Shown: positions 27,993 to 41,333, counted from the first letter of the stretch. The stretch is 64,000 bases of DNA from Octopus vulgaris (GCA_951406725.2 OX597816.1:148924001-148988000), one strand, 5' to 3'. Notes: a model not told the origin generated them from the letters alone. Program-made: numbers and translations.

Positions 27993-29367
27993 TATGAGTA
28001 TACTAACCTCAAGGACTGCAATCCATTTTTCTCAAGAATGAAAATTTTACAAATTCTCAAAATTTAGTATACAAAATAAATGTTACAGCTAAACTGGCAC
28101 TTCGTCGGTTACAACAATGAGTGTTCCAGTTGACCCAATCAACAGAACAGCCAGCTCTTAAAAGTATCATGCAAGTGGTTGAGAATTCCACAGATACACA
28201 TACCCATAATATAGTTCTCTGGAAGATTCAGTGTGACACAGAAATTGAAATGGCTGGCCCTTTCGATTACAGCTACAACTCATTTTTCCCAGTTGAGTGG
28301 ACTGGAGCAATGTGAAAATAAAGAGTCTTGCTCAAGGATACAATATGCCACCAAGAATCGAACTCACAACCTTACAATCATGAGCTGAATACCTTAACCA
28401 CTAAGCCACACACTTTCACATATTATGAGTAAATACAGGATAAATAAATAAAATAGTAAAAATGAAAAAAAGCTTTACGATTTGAAAAGTTAAAATAATT
28501 AAAGGTTGTGCAAATATAAAACACATATTGATATATTCCATAATCTTATTGGTTGCAGAGGTATTGCAAAAATTTTCAGATTCATGTAGCATTTCTAGGA
28601 AGTGCTGGTGCCACGTTAAAAGCACTGGTGCTACATAAAATCACCCAGTACACTCTGTGAAGTGGTTGGCATTAGGAAGGGCATCCAACCAGAACAGCCA
28701 TGCCATAACAGACAATGGAGCCCTAGTGCAGCCCTTGGCCTTACCAGCTCCAATCAAACTATCTAACCCATGCCAGCATGGAAAGCAGATGTTAAACGGC
28801 AGCAATGACGACAACAATGATTCTCCAAGGTTATTCTGGGCTCCAGCATAACCACAGTTCAGTAACTGAAACCAGTAAAATAAAAAAGAATAAGCATAAG
28901 TGCAGGTTTGCTTTGATAAAATTGTGGATTTTATATATATATATACATATATATATATATAAATATACATATATATATATAAATATATACATATATATAT
29001 GTGACCGCATGTGTACTGTTGTCGATTTTTTTTACTCCATCTTCCCTTCTTTGGATCTTTCCTTTTCCTATGTTTCTGACAAAGAGCTCTGCTCGAAACG
29101 TTAAACCCTTCTTCTTACCTTCTTTCCTGAGCGTCCAATAATGCTATACTTGTTCCACATCCTCGTGTTGTGTTTTCTCTTTGCGTTTTCATGTTTCGAT
29201 TAGCTACGGAGTGGTTGGCGTTAGGAAGGGCATCCAGCTGTAGAAACATTGCCAAATTTAGACTGGAGCCTGGTGCAGCCTTCTGGCTTCCCAGAACCCC
29301 GGTCGAACCGTCCAACCCATGCTAGCATGGAGAACGGACGTTAAACGACGATGATGATGATGATGAT

Positions 29368-29863
29368 GATAAAACTCTAGTTGTGTGAGTGTCTGTCCCC
29401 TTCGATTTAGATTCCTAACTCCTCCCACATTTTGCGGTGCAGTTTAACCAAATTCGGGTATCTTATAGTCGTGATTCATATCGAGCCCGTCTGACTATTA
29501 GCGCGCGTCAACGATGAGTCTACGATTTTAAAAATAATTTAACATCATTTTTTATTCCATTTTAATGCATAAAATGCATCGTGTGTCGATGGCGGTGGAG
29601 TTGGCGTCCACGCTCACAGCTGCACCTGTTTGCTTCTCCCCTTCCCTCCCTCGTGAAGCTGTGGGGAAGGGAGTGTAAAGAAATCAACGTCGTAATGCGT
29701 TGTGAAGGAGACCAGCGTTCTTTTAGAACAACGACTTCATGGCTTGAAGACACCAAAACAGAAATGGCTAAGAAAGCCCGAATTTATAAGGGAAGTAACT
29801 CTCTAAAAATGCTTATATAGTTATTTCCCTTACAAACCCGAGCAACGCCGGGCGATACTGCTA

Positions 29864-29864
<1 letters not shown>
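29368..29864 (+). mobile_element. Non-autonomous Helitron
   Basis: 3' hairpin cccgagcaacgccggg 8 nt before a CTAG|T terminus; the 5' boundary is approximate. Confidence 0.8.
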
Positions 29865-29932
<68 letters not shown>

Positions 29933-30319
29933 CTTAAAAGCTTCAGTCAATGCAGACTTTTAAGCTATCTCCTGAAAAGGGTTAACTGGGCCTGTGGCCC
30001 AAGTTCTTATCATGACATAAAATTAACAAAGTGAATATCATTTATCTCCCTCTTGATTTCTGATGTCATCTGACAAACACCAAGCAAGATGGTGTGAATC
30101 AGCCAAGCTTTACCTGCTAGAAATAGCAACCCAAATGTTTTTAAATCATATCAGAACACTGGATGTTCAAGAACCGAATGAAGGGCAAATTTTCAATCCT
30201 GGGATCCTCCTGATTCCAAAAAGGTATAATATGTCTATGTAGAGCAAATGCAGACTGAGATACACACAGACAGAATTTCACGTTTTTTATAATAGATATA
30301 TAAAGAAGACAATACTTAC

Positions 30320-30410
30320 TTTCTCTGGTTTAGGTAGTTCCAGTGGCATTTCATAAAAGAGCATATCTTTGATATTCCCCTGAGTCTCCGTCCATAATTT
30401 GTTATAGCAA
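30320..30410 (-). CDS. IQCA1: IQCA1/DRC11 exon 2 (CYNKLWTETQGNIKDMLFYEMPLELPKPEK)
   Basis: ttgcag| acceptor and |gtaagt donor, 91 nt, phase 2 to 0, open frame; too short for the ORF track. Confidence 0.85.
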
Positions 30411-31115
30411 CTGCAAATATACAGGAAATGTCATTCAATCTGTATGATCAGTGCCTTGAAGTAGAGCTAAACTTAAGGCAAATCAACCCTACAAACTCAG
30501 TCCAATTCTTAATTTTATACATTATAAATACCCATAAGACATTTAATCATCTTCATAATTTAATGTCTGCTTTCTATGCTGGCATGGGTTGGACAGTTTG
30601 ACATGGAATTGGCAAGCTGCAGAGGTGTGTCAGGTTCCAATGTTCATTTTCAGTTAATCTATAAATCTAAGATGTTGTAGCTATGTACAAACATAAACTC
30701 AAACAAAAACATATGAAAAAGGAAACAAACAGAAACAAAACCCCTACTACTTGTAAGCTGAAATATATTTTAACATATAAAAGAGTTCTGTAGAACCATT
30801 TAGCAAAGTTCAGAAAAATCCTTTAGTAGGGTTTGGGAGGGGCCTCACGTAAAATATGTACCCAGGACAGTAAATTTGTTGCTGATAGAAATGGCATCCA
30901 ACTGTAGAAATCATGTGAAATGAAAACAGAAGAAAGAGCACGGTCGTCTGGTCAGACCTTGAAGGACAGTAGTGACCCAAAACAAAAACTAACTCAGACT
31001 ATGGTGACATATCCAACCCATGTCAGTACAAAAAGTGGATGTAAAATGAAAATGATGATGATGGTGGTGATTCATACATGAAATGCTGAGAAACTGAATG
31101 ATAGTTTCTGTATGG

Positions 31116-31161
<46 letters not shown>

Positions 31162-31674
31162 ATTCAAACTAATACAGCTTCTTATAGACTTAATGGTTGC
31201 CTGGATTGTAGATGGGTAGTAAACTACTGAAAAGCTGTATTATTAATACACTTAATTTTCAGTCAATCTGTTGCACACACAATTTTTTCTGGTTCACACA
31301 GCAAAGTAACTGATATTTTTCACTCATAATAGCTTCTACATATTCCTTAGAATGTGGCACAAGCAAAACCTAAATTGAGTCTTTGGTAAAGTGGCAATTC
31401 CATACTATCATCATCAGCAGCAGCAGCAGCCGTTCAAGAATTTGGATCTGGAGATCTCCATTTCCAGCGACTTTGAGGGCCACCTCCCAGTGGTGTTGGG
31501 CATCAACAAAGAGCCCTCGACTACAACAAGACGACCAAAGTTTTTTTGTTTTGTTTTTTTTCCAAGGTCTGGGGTCTCCTACTCCTAAGCCCTAGACCAT
31601 CACCTAATCCCCCCTTACCCGCCTTGTTGCTTAACACCAACAACAGCAGCAGCAGCATCACAAAACCAGTGATC

Positions 31675-32350
31675 TAGCAGAATCATTGGCACATTGAACA
31701 AACAGCTTAGCAGCATTTCTTCTGACTCATTACATTCTGAGTTCAAATTCTGCTGAGGTCAACATTTCCTTTCATCCTTAAGGGTTGATAAAATAAGCGC
31801 CAGTCAAGCACTGGTGTAGATGTAATCAAGTAGCCCCTTACTCCCAAAATTTCAGGCATTGGGCCTATAGTGGAAAGGATTATTATTATTATTATTATTA
31901 TTATTATCATTCAGTGATCTGGTAGCATCGTTAGCATGCTGGGTGAAAATCTTAGCGATATTTCGTCTGTCACTATCTTCTGAGTTCAAATTCTGCTGAG
32001 GTCAACTTTGCCTCTCATCTTTTCGGGGTCGATGAATTAGATGCCAGTCAAAAATCCAGGCCTTGTCCCTATAGTAGGAAGGGTTATTATTATTTTTATT
32101 ATCATTAAGGTGGCAAGCTGGCAGAATTGTCAGCATGTCATATGAAGTGTCTGTTTTTACATTCTGAGTTCAAGTTCTGCTGAGGCCCAACTTTGCTTTT
32201 CATCCTCTCAGGGCTGATAAAATAAGTACCAGTTGAGCACTGGGGTCGATGTAATCGACTAGCCCCCTCCCGCAAACTTTCTAGCCTTGTGCCAAAATTT
32301 GAAAACATGGCAAATAAATGAAATCATTATTATTGGTGGTGGTCATGGTT

Positions 32351-32384
<34 letters not shown>

Positions 32385-32550
32385 AGCAGTGGATAAGATG
32401 TCCTGTGGTATTATACCCCACTTTTTCATTCTCAAATCCTGCTGGGGCCAACTTTGATTTCTATTCTTTTGAGGCCAATAAAATAAAATACCAGTCTAGT
32501 ACAGGGGTCAATTAACTGACTCATGCTCACCTCTCAAAATTGCTGGCTTT
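31675..32550 (+). mobile_element. Cluster of four head-to-tail copies of the Nin-like SINE
   Basis: Repeated ttctgagttcaaattctgctgagg...ctttcatcc...gataaaataag cores separated by (att)n and (gta)n. Confidence 0.8.
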
Positions 32551-32689
32551 GTACCTAATACTCTGTTACTGTTACTTATTTTAATATCTAAAGGAAATTG
32601 ATGGGAAGTTGAATATATTATTCACTTGTACTATATCACTTCACACACATGAACCATCACTCATTATTTAGCATACCTACATTCGTGTA

Positions 32690-33350
32690 CCCCACCCCAC
32701 TGACTTTGTTTCTGCATAACTTCCAGAAAAATGAATATTTTTTTAATGAAATTTTCTACAGATACACTTCAGATTGTGTAGATTCCGATTACATAGGAAT
32801 TTCTTGTGAAAAAGTTTTTCCAAGGTTGGGAGAGGAGTTCCAGTAAATTCACAAGAGTCAACTCCTAACTTTCAGAAAAATGGATATTCTTTTATGAAAT
32901 TTTCTAGAAATACCTATCAGATGGTGTAGATTACCATTATATTGGAATTTAATGTGAAAAATAAAATTGTTGGGCACGCACACATTCATACTGTAATACT
33001 TTTCGATTTTTTCCGATATTTCAAGTTTCATCCTGTCGATCTTTGTCGTGTGTCTGTACGTATGTGTGCAAGCCCAACAATTTTTTTCCATACTAAAATC
33101 CGATATAATCATTATCTACACAGTCGGAAAGGTATTTGCAGAAAAGTTCATAAAAAATACCCATTTTTCTGAAAGTTATGAGGAAACAAAACTGATTCGT
33201 ATTTTCCGAAACTCCTCTCCCCACTCTTGAACAAATTTTCTTTTTTTTTTTTTTTTTGATACAAATTCCAATATAAACGGAATCTACACCGTCTGAAGCG
33301 TATTTCTAGATAATTTCATTAAAAAATACCCATCTTCTAGAAGTTGTGAG
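32690..33350. repeat. Degenerate repeat with internal direct and inverted subunits in IQCA1 intron 1
   Basis: The block aaaaatg.atatt.ttt.atgaaattttcta.a...agatggtgtagatt occurs twice forward and twice inverted; probably a DNA-transposon or Helitron-family relic. Confidence 0.6.
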
Positions 33351-33830
33351 AAACAAATTCGTGAGTGTGGGTAAATTTTTGGTAAAATTACTAAGTGTCA
33401 CCCGCGCGATTTTCACTAAGGAAAAAAAAACTCGGATTTTTTGCGTAGAATCAAGTACTCTGACCTCCTAATATGCTGCAAATCCCTTATTTTGGTACGG
33501 AAAAAAGAGTAGGGGCCGGGGGGGGGTTAAGATGTAAACATTAACCAATACCCGATATTATTATAGACATACAAGACGCATTACTCCCACTGTGGGATTT
33601 AGGCGACTTTGTTTTTATTCAATGATTGATGAAGCATGTTTAAAAAGAGAAAATTGTCAAAATTTCATAGACATTGAAGTTAACGATTATTCAGGCAAAC
33701 TATAGAGAACTTCTCTACTAAATGTAGTCAATCGATACTTTAAAAAGAATAAATGTACATCTGACAACATGTATTTTCGATAAATAAACTTAATTGGTCT
33801 ATAATTATTATCCAACTTAAGTAGACTTAC

Positions 33831-33841
33831 TTGTGAGACAT
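33831..33841 (-). CDS. IQCA1: IQCA1/DRC11 coding exon 1 (ATG TCT CAC AA, MSHN)
   Basis: ATG followed by a strong AA|gtaagt donor. Its phase 2 matches the next exon and gives MSHNCYNKLW, resembling the IQCA1 N-terminus as I recall it (MSNAMYNKMW). Confidence 0.75.
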
Positions 33842-33919
33842 TTTTTTTTTTTTTTTTCAAAGCAGTGCAAATCCCTTGACTTAAATCCAAACTATATCAA
33901 ACACAACTCTTTTTGAGTT

Positions 33920-33933
33920 GTAACCATGGAAAT
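33920..33933. promoter_or_regulatory. RFX X-box-like element upstream of IQCA1
   Basis: GTAACCATGGAAAT, one mismatch to the X-box consensus GTNRCCATGGNAAC, about 80 bp upstream of the ATG of a motile-cilia gene. Confidence 0.65.
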
Positions 33934-34599
33934 AGTTGCAATGAGAGTTACTTCCCTTGGGTCACAAGCGCATGATTACTTCGACTTTAAGCGAACCGAC
34001 GAGGGAACGATTTGCGGTCGTTCGACCTGCTAGAAATGGAGGCCAAATACCCCAAATAGTAAATACTCTTACACGTTGAAAAGACACGCACCGTGTTGTG
34101 GCCAAGGTATTTAACTCGCAAGTTGTTTTCTGCATTTTGATAAAAATACGAATCACTTCATCAGAAAGTATAAACAGAAATTTTACCGGTGAATGTGTAA
34201 CATTACAAGGCAAAGAAAATGACTCTCCCCAGACACAACAGAATATGCTTCAACACACGAACTCATATAAAGAATCTTGCAAACCAAATCCAAAAACGAA
34301 ATATAAACAGAAAGAGTTCTATATAATTTTTAACAAAAACAACGAAAAGCTTTCTCAGAATTCGGCTTTATCAAACATTCAATTTGCTTGGTTCTGATTG
34401 TAGAATGTGTGCGATGGTTAGTTTTCAAAAGTCAATGTTACATAAAACACATCAATTTCATGCATCTTCCACCAAACGGACATCATTCTCAACAACGTTG
34501 GTGGTGGTGATTGCGATCCTTTGGTATAGGTACTGTAATTGGCTTTGTTTACATTTCTGAAGATAACAGAAACCCTTTTCTCCCACCCCTAACCCTGAT

Positions 34600-35110
34600 T
34601 ATTATTATTATTATGTTTGACTTTTGCTTTGTATTTGTACAAGTTGGTTCCAAGTCTCACCCAGAGACTTCAAGAGACAAAAAGTTAGAAGTTCATGTTG
34701 GTGTTATGCCTGGGGTGTCATATATTTGGTTTTGCACATTGTATTTTCTAGAGAATGTTTGAGAAAACATAAGAAAATTATAAGTTTGTTTCAAAAATTT
34801 GAAATTACATGGACAGTATTTTACGTAGGATATGGGCAGTTCCCATGAGCACTATATTTTTAATTTCTGCCATTTTGGGGTTTCCTGGTATCTGAGCTAG
34901 GTAGCAATCAGCCCCTTTTGCTATCTTTTCTAGGGTACCTATAACAACAAGTATTGTTTTAGTCTTGAGGTTCCACATTTTGCCAATTTCAAGATCTTTA
35001 TATTTGCTCAATTTTTGGTAGGTCTTGACAGATACATTTATATCGATTGGGAAAGTCATATCAATGAGGAAGCATAACTTTTGTCTGAAGTCTTTCAATA
35101 TAATGTCTGT
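34600..35110 (-). mobile_element. R4/Dong-like non-LTR 3' end (RLE domain) in TAA microsatellite
   Basis: LIDMTFP...KLSKYKDLEI..MW...VVIGTL...LMGTAHILRKIL; (att)n on both sides. Confidence 0.8.
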
Positions 35111-35124
35111 ATTATTATTATTAT

Positions 35125-35340
35125 TAAGGCAGGATCGTTAGCCACGCAGGGCGAAATGCGTAGCCGTATTTCGTCTGCCGTTACGTTCTGAGTTCAAATT
35201 CCGCCGAGGTCGACTTTGCCTTTCATCCTTTCGGGGTCGATAAATTAAGTAGCAGTTACGCACTGGGGTCGATATAATCGACTTAATCAGTTTGTCTGTC
35301 CTCTCTGTATTTAGCCCCTTGTAGGTAGTAACGAAATAGG
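35125..35340 (+). mobile_element. tRNA-derived SINE with Nin/Deu-like central domain (representative copy)
   Basis: Core gtcgactttgcctttcatcctttcggggtcgataaa. Other copies at about 5160-5360, 7775-7950, 9060-9290, 24575-24790, 26810-27020 and 53755-53885. Confidence 0.85.
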
Positions 35341-35612
35341 CATTTCATTTGTCCCCATTATTTAATGGGGGTGCGATAACCAGAAAGTACCCGTGTTTTT
35401 TGTTCTATCTTTCATCACAGTCATTGGACTGTGACCATGATGGGGCATCACTTTCAAGGGTTTAGTCAAACAGGTCGACCCCAATACTTATTTTTAATCT
35501 AGTACTTGTGCTATCGGTCTCGTTTTGGTGAACAGCTACGTTACGGGAACGAACACAAGCCAACACTAGTTATCAAGCGATAGGGGAACGAAGAAGCACA
35601 CACATGCATATA

Positions 35613-36154
35613 CAGGGTGGCCCGTCACTCCCTACCCATCCATATATCTAATGTATCCAGTGTATCTGTGTGCTGTCATTCATTCTCGTTGCATAATATT
35701 ATGCGACGCCATGTTCTGTGAGAGATTTTCTCTCAACATAGCAGGGGTTATTGTTCCAAATACCGTGGTAACAGCTGCCTTCAATTAGTCATTGGGATTA
35801 TAACGTTGTTCAGATAAAATATCCTTTATGTATCTCCGAAGAGTTTTCACATGCTGTTAAGTCCGGACTTCTTGCTGGCCATTTCATGGGCGGCGGGGAT
35901 GTTACTGAACCACAACCTATCCAGTTGTCTGGAAAAGTGTCATTAAGATAATCTCGCACACTAAGGGCATAATGAGCTGGAGTTCCATCTTGTTGAAACC
36001 AAAATTTCTTCTCTGATTCCAAGTTCATAGAATTTTGGTATAAACAATTGTTGTAACATATTTAGATATGAGGTCTGGTTTACTGGCCCTCGTTGACGGG
36101 CTAGTAAACCATACCAGTAACATATGGACGGATAGGAACTTACGGGCCACCCTG
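35613..36154 (-). mobile_element. Internally deleted Tc1/mariner element of DD41D (rosa-like) type
   Basis: TIRs cagggtggcccgt...ccatat at both ends; transposase remnant FQQDG..AH...WIG...WPARSPDL. Confidence 0.88.
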
Positions 36155-37464
36155 TGTGTGTGTGTAAACGAGGGTGGGCGGAAAAGTTCATAGGCTGACC
36201 AAGATACTCTCATGAGGGGGAAGATTGAAAAGAGGCAGAGAAATTTTCATGCTTAGTAAAATTATAAGATGAATACTGTTTTGTTTCCTCGTTAATAAAG
36301 AAGCGGGGAGTAAAGAATTTTATATTTATTTTGAGGGGAGGTGTTGGTATTCATCAGGTGGAAAACCACATAAAAAAGGAAAGAAGGATCGATAGATGGA
36401 TGGAGGGACGGGTGGGTGGGTGGGTCTGTCTATCTAGCGGACTCGTTAAATGGGCCATGATCTTTTGACTTACGTTCTGAGTTCTTATGCCGCCGGGATC
36501 GACTTTGCTTTTCATCCTTTCAAAGTCGATAAAACAGGCTGTCCCTTTAATAAAAACCAACTCCAAACTATGTCTGATAAGCATTTATTTATACAGATCT
36601 TATCAGACTAGATCCATTTATACATATCACGATATTTACATAATTACACAGACGCTTACCACAGCTGTATTGCGATCTGCCAGTAGTAGATCGAGTTTAT
36701 AGTTGAGTTAATAATATATAAGAATGACCTCGTCGTATAAGAGTCGGGATAATACTCTGTTCTACGTAATCGACGTTTCCTTTAACCTAGAGGCAGACAT
36801 AAACAAATCCTTAAGTAGAACCTGTCAATTTTAGGACTTGTCTGTGTCTGCTTTTTGCCCGCGTTTCTGCTTTTATAACCTCCATTTACGTAGGAATATC
36901 TGGAAATTTGCAAGATGATTGGCTACTATTTTAAAAAATAAAATATAGGCCTTCAGTACTTTTTAAATTTCTTTGTGTTCATCATAATTTTTCAAAGGGT
37001 ATTAGTGTTAGCCTGAAAAAAAATCGTTTCCCACTGGAAGTCGAAACCACAACGGCGCACTAAAAGCATTGTGAAGTTGCACTTTAGGACGAATGGCCAA
37101 GTTATCTCCCATGTCCTTACAATACAATCTTACAATGCATTATACAGACCACTCATTTTTATTGTTTTCTTCTTTTTCTTATGTAATATATTACACCGAA
37201 TCAGTCGTGTAATTTCTACAATAGTTTCATGGGTACTACACACCTTAGAAAATTGCGTGGAGAGAAAGGAGAGACATAGAGGGATAGAAGAATTAGGGAA
37301 TATATATATATATATATTGTGGCTGTGTGGTAAGAAGCTTGGTTCCCAACCACATGGAGCCTTGGACAAATGTCTTCTACTATAGCCTCAGGCTGACTAA
37401 ATCTTTATGAGTGGATTTGGCAGACAGAAACTGCAAGAAGCCTGTCATTCATATATATATATGA

Positions 37465-38050
37465 GGCTGTGTGGTAAGTAGCTTGCTAACCAACCACATG
37501 GTTCCAGGTTCAGTCCCACTGTGTGGCATCTTGGGCAAGTGTCTTCAGCTATAGCCCCGGGCCGACCAATGCCTTGTGAGTGGATTTGGTAGACGGAAAC
37601 TGAAAGAAGCCTGTCGTATGTATATATATATATATATGTATGTGTGTGTTTGTCCCCCTAGCATTGCTTGACAACCGATGCTGGTGTGTTTACGTCCCCG
37701 TCACTTAGCGGTTCAGCAAAAGAGACCGATAGAATAAGTACTAGAATAAGTACTGGGCTTACAAAGAATAAGTCCCAGGGTCGATTTGCTCAACTAAAGG
37801 CGGTGCTCCAGCATGGCCGCAGTCGAATGACTGAAACAAGTAAAAGAGTAAAAAGAGAGAGAGTATATATATATTTGTGTGTCTCTGTTTGCTCCCACCA
37901 CCATTGCTTGACAACTGATGTTAGTGTTTACATCCCTGTAACTTAGCAGTTCGGCAAAAGAGGCCGATAGAATAAGTACTAGGCTTACAAAGAATAAGTT
38001 TTGGGGTTGATTTGTTCAACTAAAGGCAGTGCTCCGGCATGGCTGCAGTG
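37465..38050 (+). mobile_element. tRNA-derived bipartite SINE (ggctgtgtggtaag...gaaagaagcc / ttgacaaccgatgctgg...), representative copy
   Basis: Pol III A/B-box-like head. Other copies at about 17650-18440, 19085-19220, 24400-24550, 25720-26050, 37318-37450 and 42340-42490. Confidence 0.85.
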
Positions 38051-38529
38051 CTTTTTGATTAAACAAATAATTAGAATTTAACAAGATATAAAGCTCAGTA
38101 CTTTCAAAATCTCAGTTATGACCCCTGGTGGCCCTGCTTTTCCTTTTTCTTTCTCTAAGAATCTCTCTGTATGGTGCCTGCCTACGAGAGACATCTTGAT
38201 GATTAAGTGAGGTGCATTGGAGATTATCTAAGATTTCAGAATATTAGGAAGCTGAGATAAAAATACATTTCTTTTCTTGGGAATGCTAAGCTAAAATAGG
38301 TTTTGCCCATTGAAGGATTTGAACTCACAACAGCAAGTTAACAAAATACATAACCTGCACAATGCTTTAGCATTTAAACTGGTCATATCTGGCCCAAATA
38401 GTCTATCCATTTTATGTTCAGATTGACCGGATTTTATTTCCCACATCTACCCTGCAAAGTTGTTCTAAGACTAAATAATCACATCATCAAAATTTTGAAG
38501 TTAAGATAATGCAAGATTAATCCAAGCAT

Positions 38530-38990
38530 CCGTGAGACAGAACATCGGTTTCCAAAAGTGATCCTGTGCAGACTGGTTCGACTCAGTCTTGAAATCTCTA
38601 CCCTGATTGATGCCAAGTAATCGGCACTCATTGAACATCTGAACAACCCCTCATGTTCCACGAAACTCACCAGATTCAAGGAAGTCAAGTTACTCTGCCA
38701 AAGAAGGATTTGCGAGATCAAGAATCAATGGAGGCAAGCCAAAGCTGTCCAGCTCCAATCCTTTGCCAACAGCTGTGACATGAGGAACTTTTTTGCTGGA
38801 ACCAAGGAAATCTACGGTCCCTAAAGATCATCAACATCCCAGCTGAAAACAGCAGACAACTCAACTGTCATCACTGAGAAGGATGGGATTCTTCATTGTT
38901 GGAAAGAACACTTCGAAGCCTTGTTGAATCACCTGTCCACTGCTTCTGAAGACCTGCTGAAAAGCATTCCTCAACACCCTGTCAGACCAA
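38530..38990 (+). mobile_element. RTE/BovB-like LINE internal fragment
   Basis: Remnant peptides KEIYGP and WKEHFEALLN. Confidence 0.7.
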
Positions 38991-40367
38991 GACATGGCTA
39001 CAACGGTTATAAGGGTAGAGAAGATACAGTTACAGAAGCCTCAAACTAATGAGCTAAATCAGAAAAGATCAGTTTTAAAGTCAGTACAAGGAAAGTTCTG
39101 ATTGGACAAGATGCAGTTTGTTTGTGTTAAGTAATAGAACTGTGGATACCACATTTCTAAGGGGACAACTGCAAGAGAATTTCATAGTTAAGAACAAATC
39201 ACTACATTTTTCTGGTGTTTGACAAGGTCCATGCTCTCTGGTCTGATGAACACTAAAGAAACAAGATGTAGATTAACTGTTTGCAAAAAAACCATGCCAG
39301 AGTGCTGTGTAAAGATTAGCTTGGTAGTAAATTCAGTGAATAATTTAGTGTACAGCTGCATCCACCAGCTGCTCTGGCAACAACTCATTGATTCATTATA
39401 TTTCATAAGGAACTTTAAATGCTGGCTTGATTCTTGTAGTGGAATCTGAAGAGTTTGGAGTTGGGGTGAAAGTAACGAAGAACACACAATCCCAGTTCAA
39501 TGTAGAAAATGGCTTTGCTCAAAATGTAAAAAAGGAATAATGTATAGATTTGTATATAAGTCACACCCTCTTTGTGTTTATAATAATCACATGTTGATTT
39601 TCAGTCTTGTTCAAATAATAATAAAAAAAAAAGACAGCTGAAATAATTCTAATTATTGCCAATGTAGTTGAGTAAAAGCTTGGAACCATAGATATCATAG
39701 CAAGCTCAAACAGATTGACTGGCGCTTTTAAATCATCACTCCTGATTGACTGACAAGGTTTGCGTTTGTATGTGTGTGTGAAGGCACATGGCTCAGTGGT
39801 TAGAGTGTCAGGCTCACAACCATGAGGTAGTGAATTTGATTCCTGGACTGGGTTGTGTGTTGTCTTCTTGGGCAAGACATTTTATTCCACATTGCTCCAG
39901 TTTACTCAGCTACAGAAATGAGTTGCAGCATCACTGGTGTCAAGCTGTATCGGTCTTTGCCTTTCCCTTGAACAAGATCAGTGGCATTGAATATTGTTAG
40001 AAAGCAACATTGATGGCATTGAATATTGTTAGAAAGCAAGAAAACCTTTATGTTCAAATTGGATACAAATCATAAAATAAACAATCGTTAACAATTAGCT
40101 TTTCAAATCTTTCTACATACATAATCATAGGAAATTTCTATCTTTAAGGCACAACTTTTACACCACCTACCATTATCCATTTGCCTTTCAAGTCTGCACC
40201 CATGTAACCATCTCTAAAACCACAGAGGTCTTAAAATGTAAAAATTACTTCTTGTTTTCTACTGTCCAGTATTACAATATAAAAAGTCTCCAAAGATAGT
40301 CAATTGTAGTCAAGCAATATAAAAATAAAAACTTGGTGAATAAAATAATTTATTAAAATATATGGTA

Positions 40368-41333
40368 TCAAGTAAGTTCATCTGTTAAATCTATAGAGAT
40401 ATCATTAACTTGTGGTGATAATGACACATTATTTCCTCTGGATGTAGGACCAAAAGAACAGGCACTTTTTCTACTGATTACAGATTGACTGAAAGGTTTA
40501 TAAAAATTTCTTCCAATGAGACTGGGCTGAGAACACATTTTTTTAACAATACAAGATACAGGAGATAAATCATTGGCCAGAGAGCTTTCAGATGTATTGG
40601 ATTTCATATTAGATTTTTGTACATTTGATGTTGCTCTACTATCTGTGGTGTCTGAAAATGGCACAGCAAATACTTTACTGGGTACAGCTGAAGAATCTGA
40701 TGGCGATATATGGGATATCCGAGAGGTGCTTAAATTTCTTTTGGATAGATGTGATATATTATGATTTTGTTGACTATATATACTGTTTACAGGTTCCAGG
40801 GATTTAGTTTGTGCACTGGGGACAACAACTAAACTAGTAGAAGAGTTTCTGTTTTTACCTACATCTAATGAACTGACTTCAGACTTCCTTTCAATGGCAA
40901 TGTTTGTATTTTCTTTATGTTGTGTTAATTCAACTACAGAAATGTCATCTTTTATATTAATAATATCTTTAGTGTTAGTTGAAAGAGGTTTGGATGATGA
41001 TGGCTGAATTGGTGTTATAGTAATGTTTGATGATACAGATGCTTTAACTGGTATTTGGTGATATTGTGGATGATGTAATGTGGTTGCAAGTTGACTGTTA
41101 CACAAATACTCAAATTCGCTCATATCTAATTGTTTTGCAATAATTTTTAACTGTTGTAAAATATCTGGATCAAGATCAAGAATCCCGTTGTATGCATATT
41201 CTGCAAAAGCAGTTAAAGCTTCTTTGCTAACTTCCTGTGGTAAGTTAATTTGGAGAAACTTGTGAGAAAGCATATCTGCACCAAACACTGACAGCAGTTT
41301 AGGACACACAGCAGCTAGGACAACTTTATGCAT
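40368..41333 (-). CDS. BTB gene 2, last exon: C-half of BTB plus Ser-rich tail ending ISIDLTDELT
   Basis: tttcag|MHKVVLAAVCP...FAEYAYNGILDL...IAKQLDMSEFEYLC; 322 codons; the tail aligns by eye with gene 1 (PFSDTTxSxAT, DLSPVS). Confidence 0.9.
   Translation of the reverse strand: MHKVVLAAVCPKLLSVFGADMLSHKFLQINLPQEVSKEALTAFAEYAYNGILDLDPDILQQLKIIAKQLDMSEFEYLCNSQLATTLHHPQYHQIPVKASVSSNITITPIQPSSSKPLSTNTKDIINIKDDISVVELTQHKENTNIAIERKSEVSSLDVGKNRNSSTSLVVVPSAQTKSLEPVNSIYSQQNHNISHLSKRNLSTSRISHISPSDSSAVPSKVFAVPFSDTTDSRATSNVQKSNMKSNTSESSLANDLSPVSCIVKKMCSQPSLIGRNFYKPFSQSVISRKSACSFGPTSRGNNVSLSPQVNDISIDLTDELT

Noticed and set aside
29075-29105. Second hammerhead (ctgacaaagagctctgctcgaaacg), and similar motifs at about 16830-16860 and 21490-21525
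   Set aside because: Core CTGANGA is mutated and stem I is not evident; treated as decayed Penelope-type pseudo-LTR remnants.
39783-39850. tRNA gene
   Set aside because: A/B-box-like head without a clean cloverleaf, continuing into a multicopy SINE body.
39982-40039. Short direct duplication tggcattgaatattgttagaaagcaa
   Set aside because: Local tandem duplication at a SINE end with no further structure.
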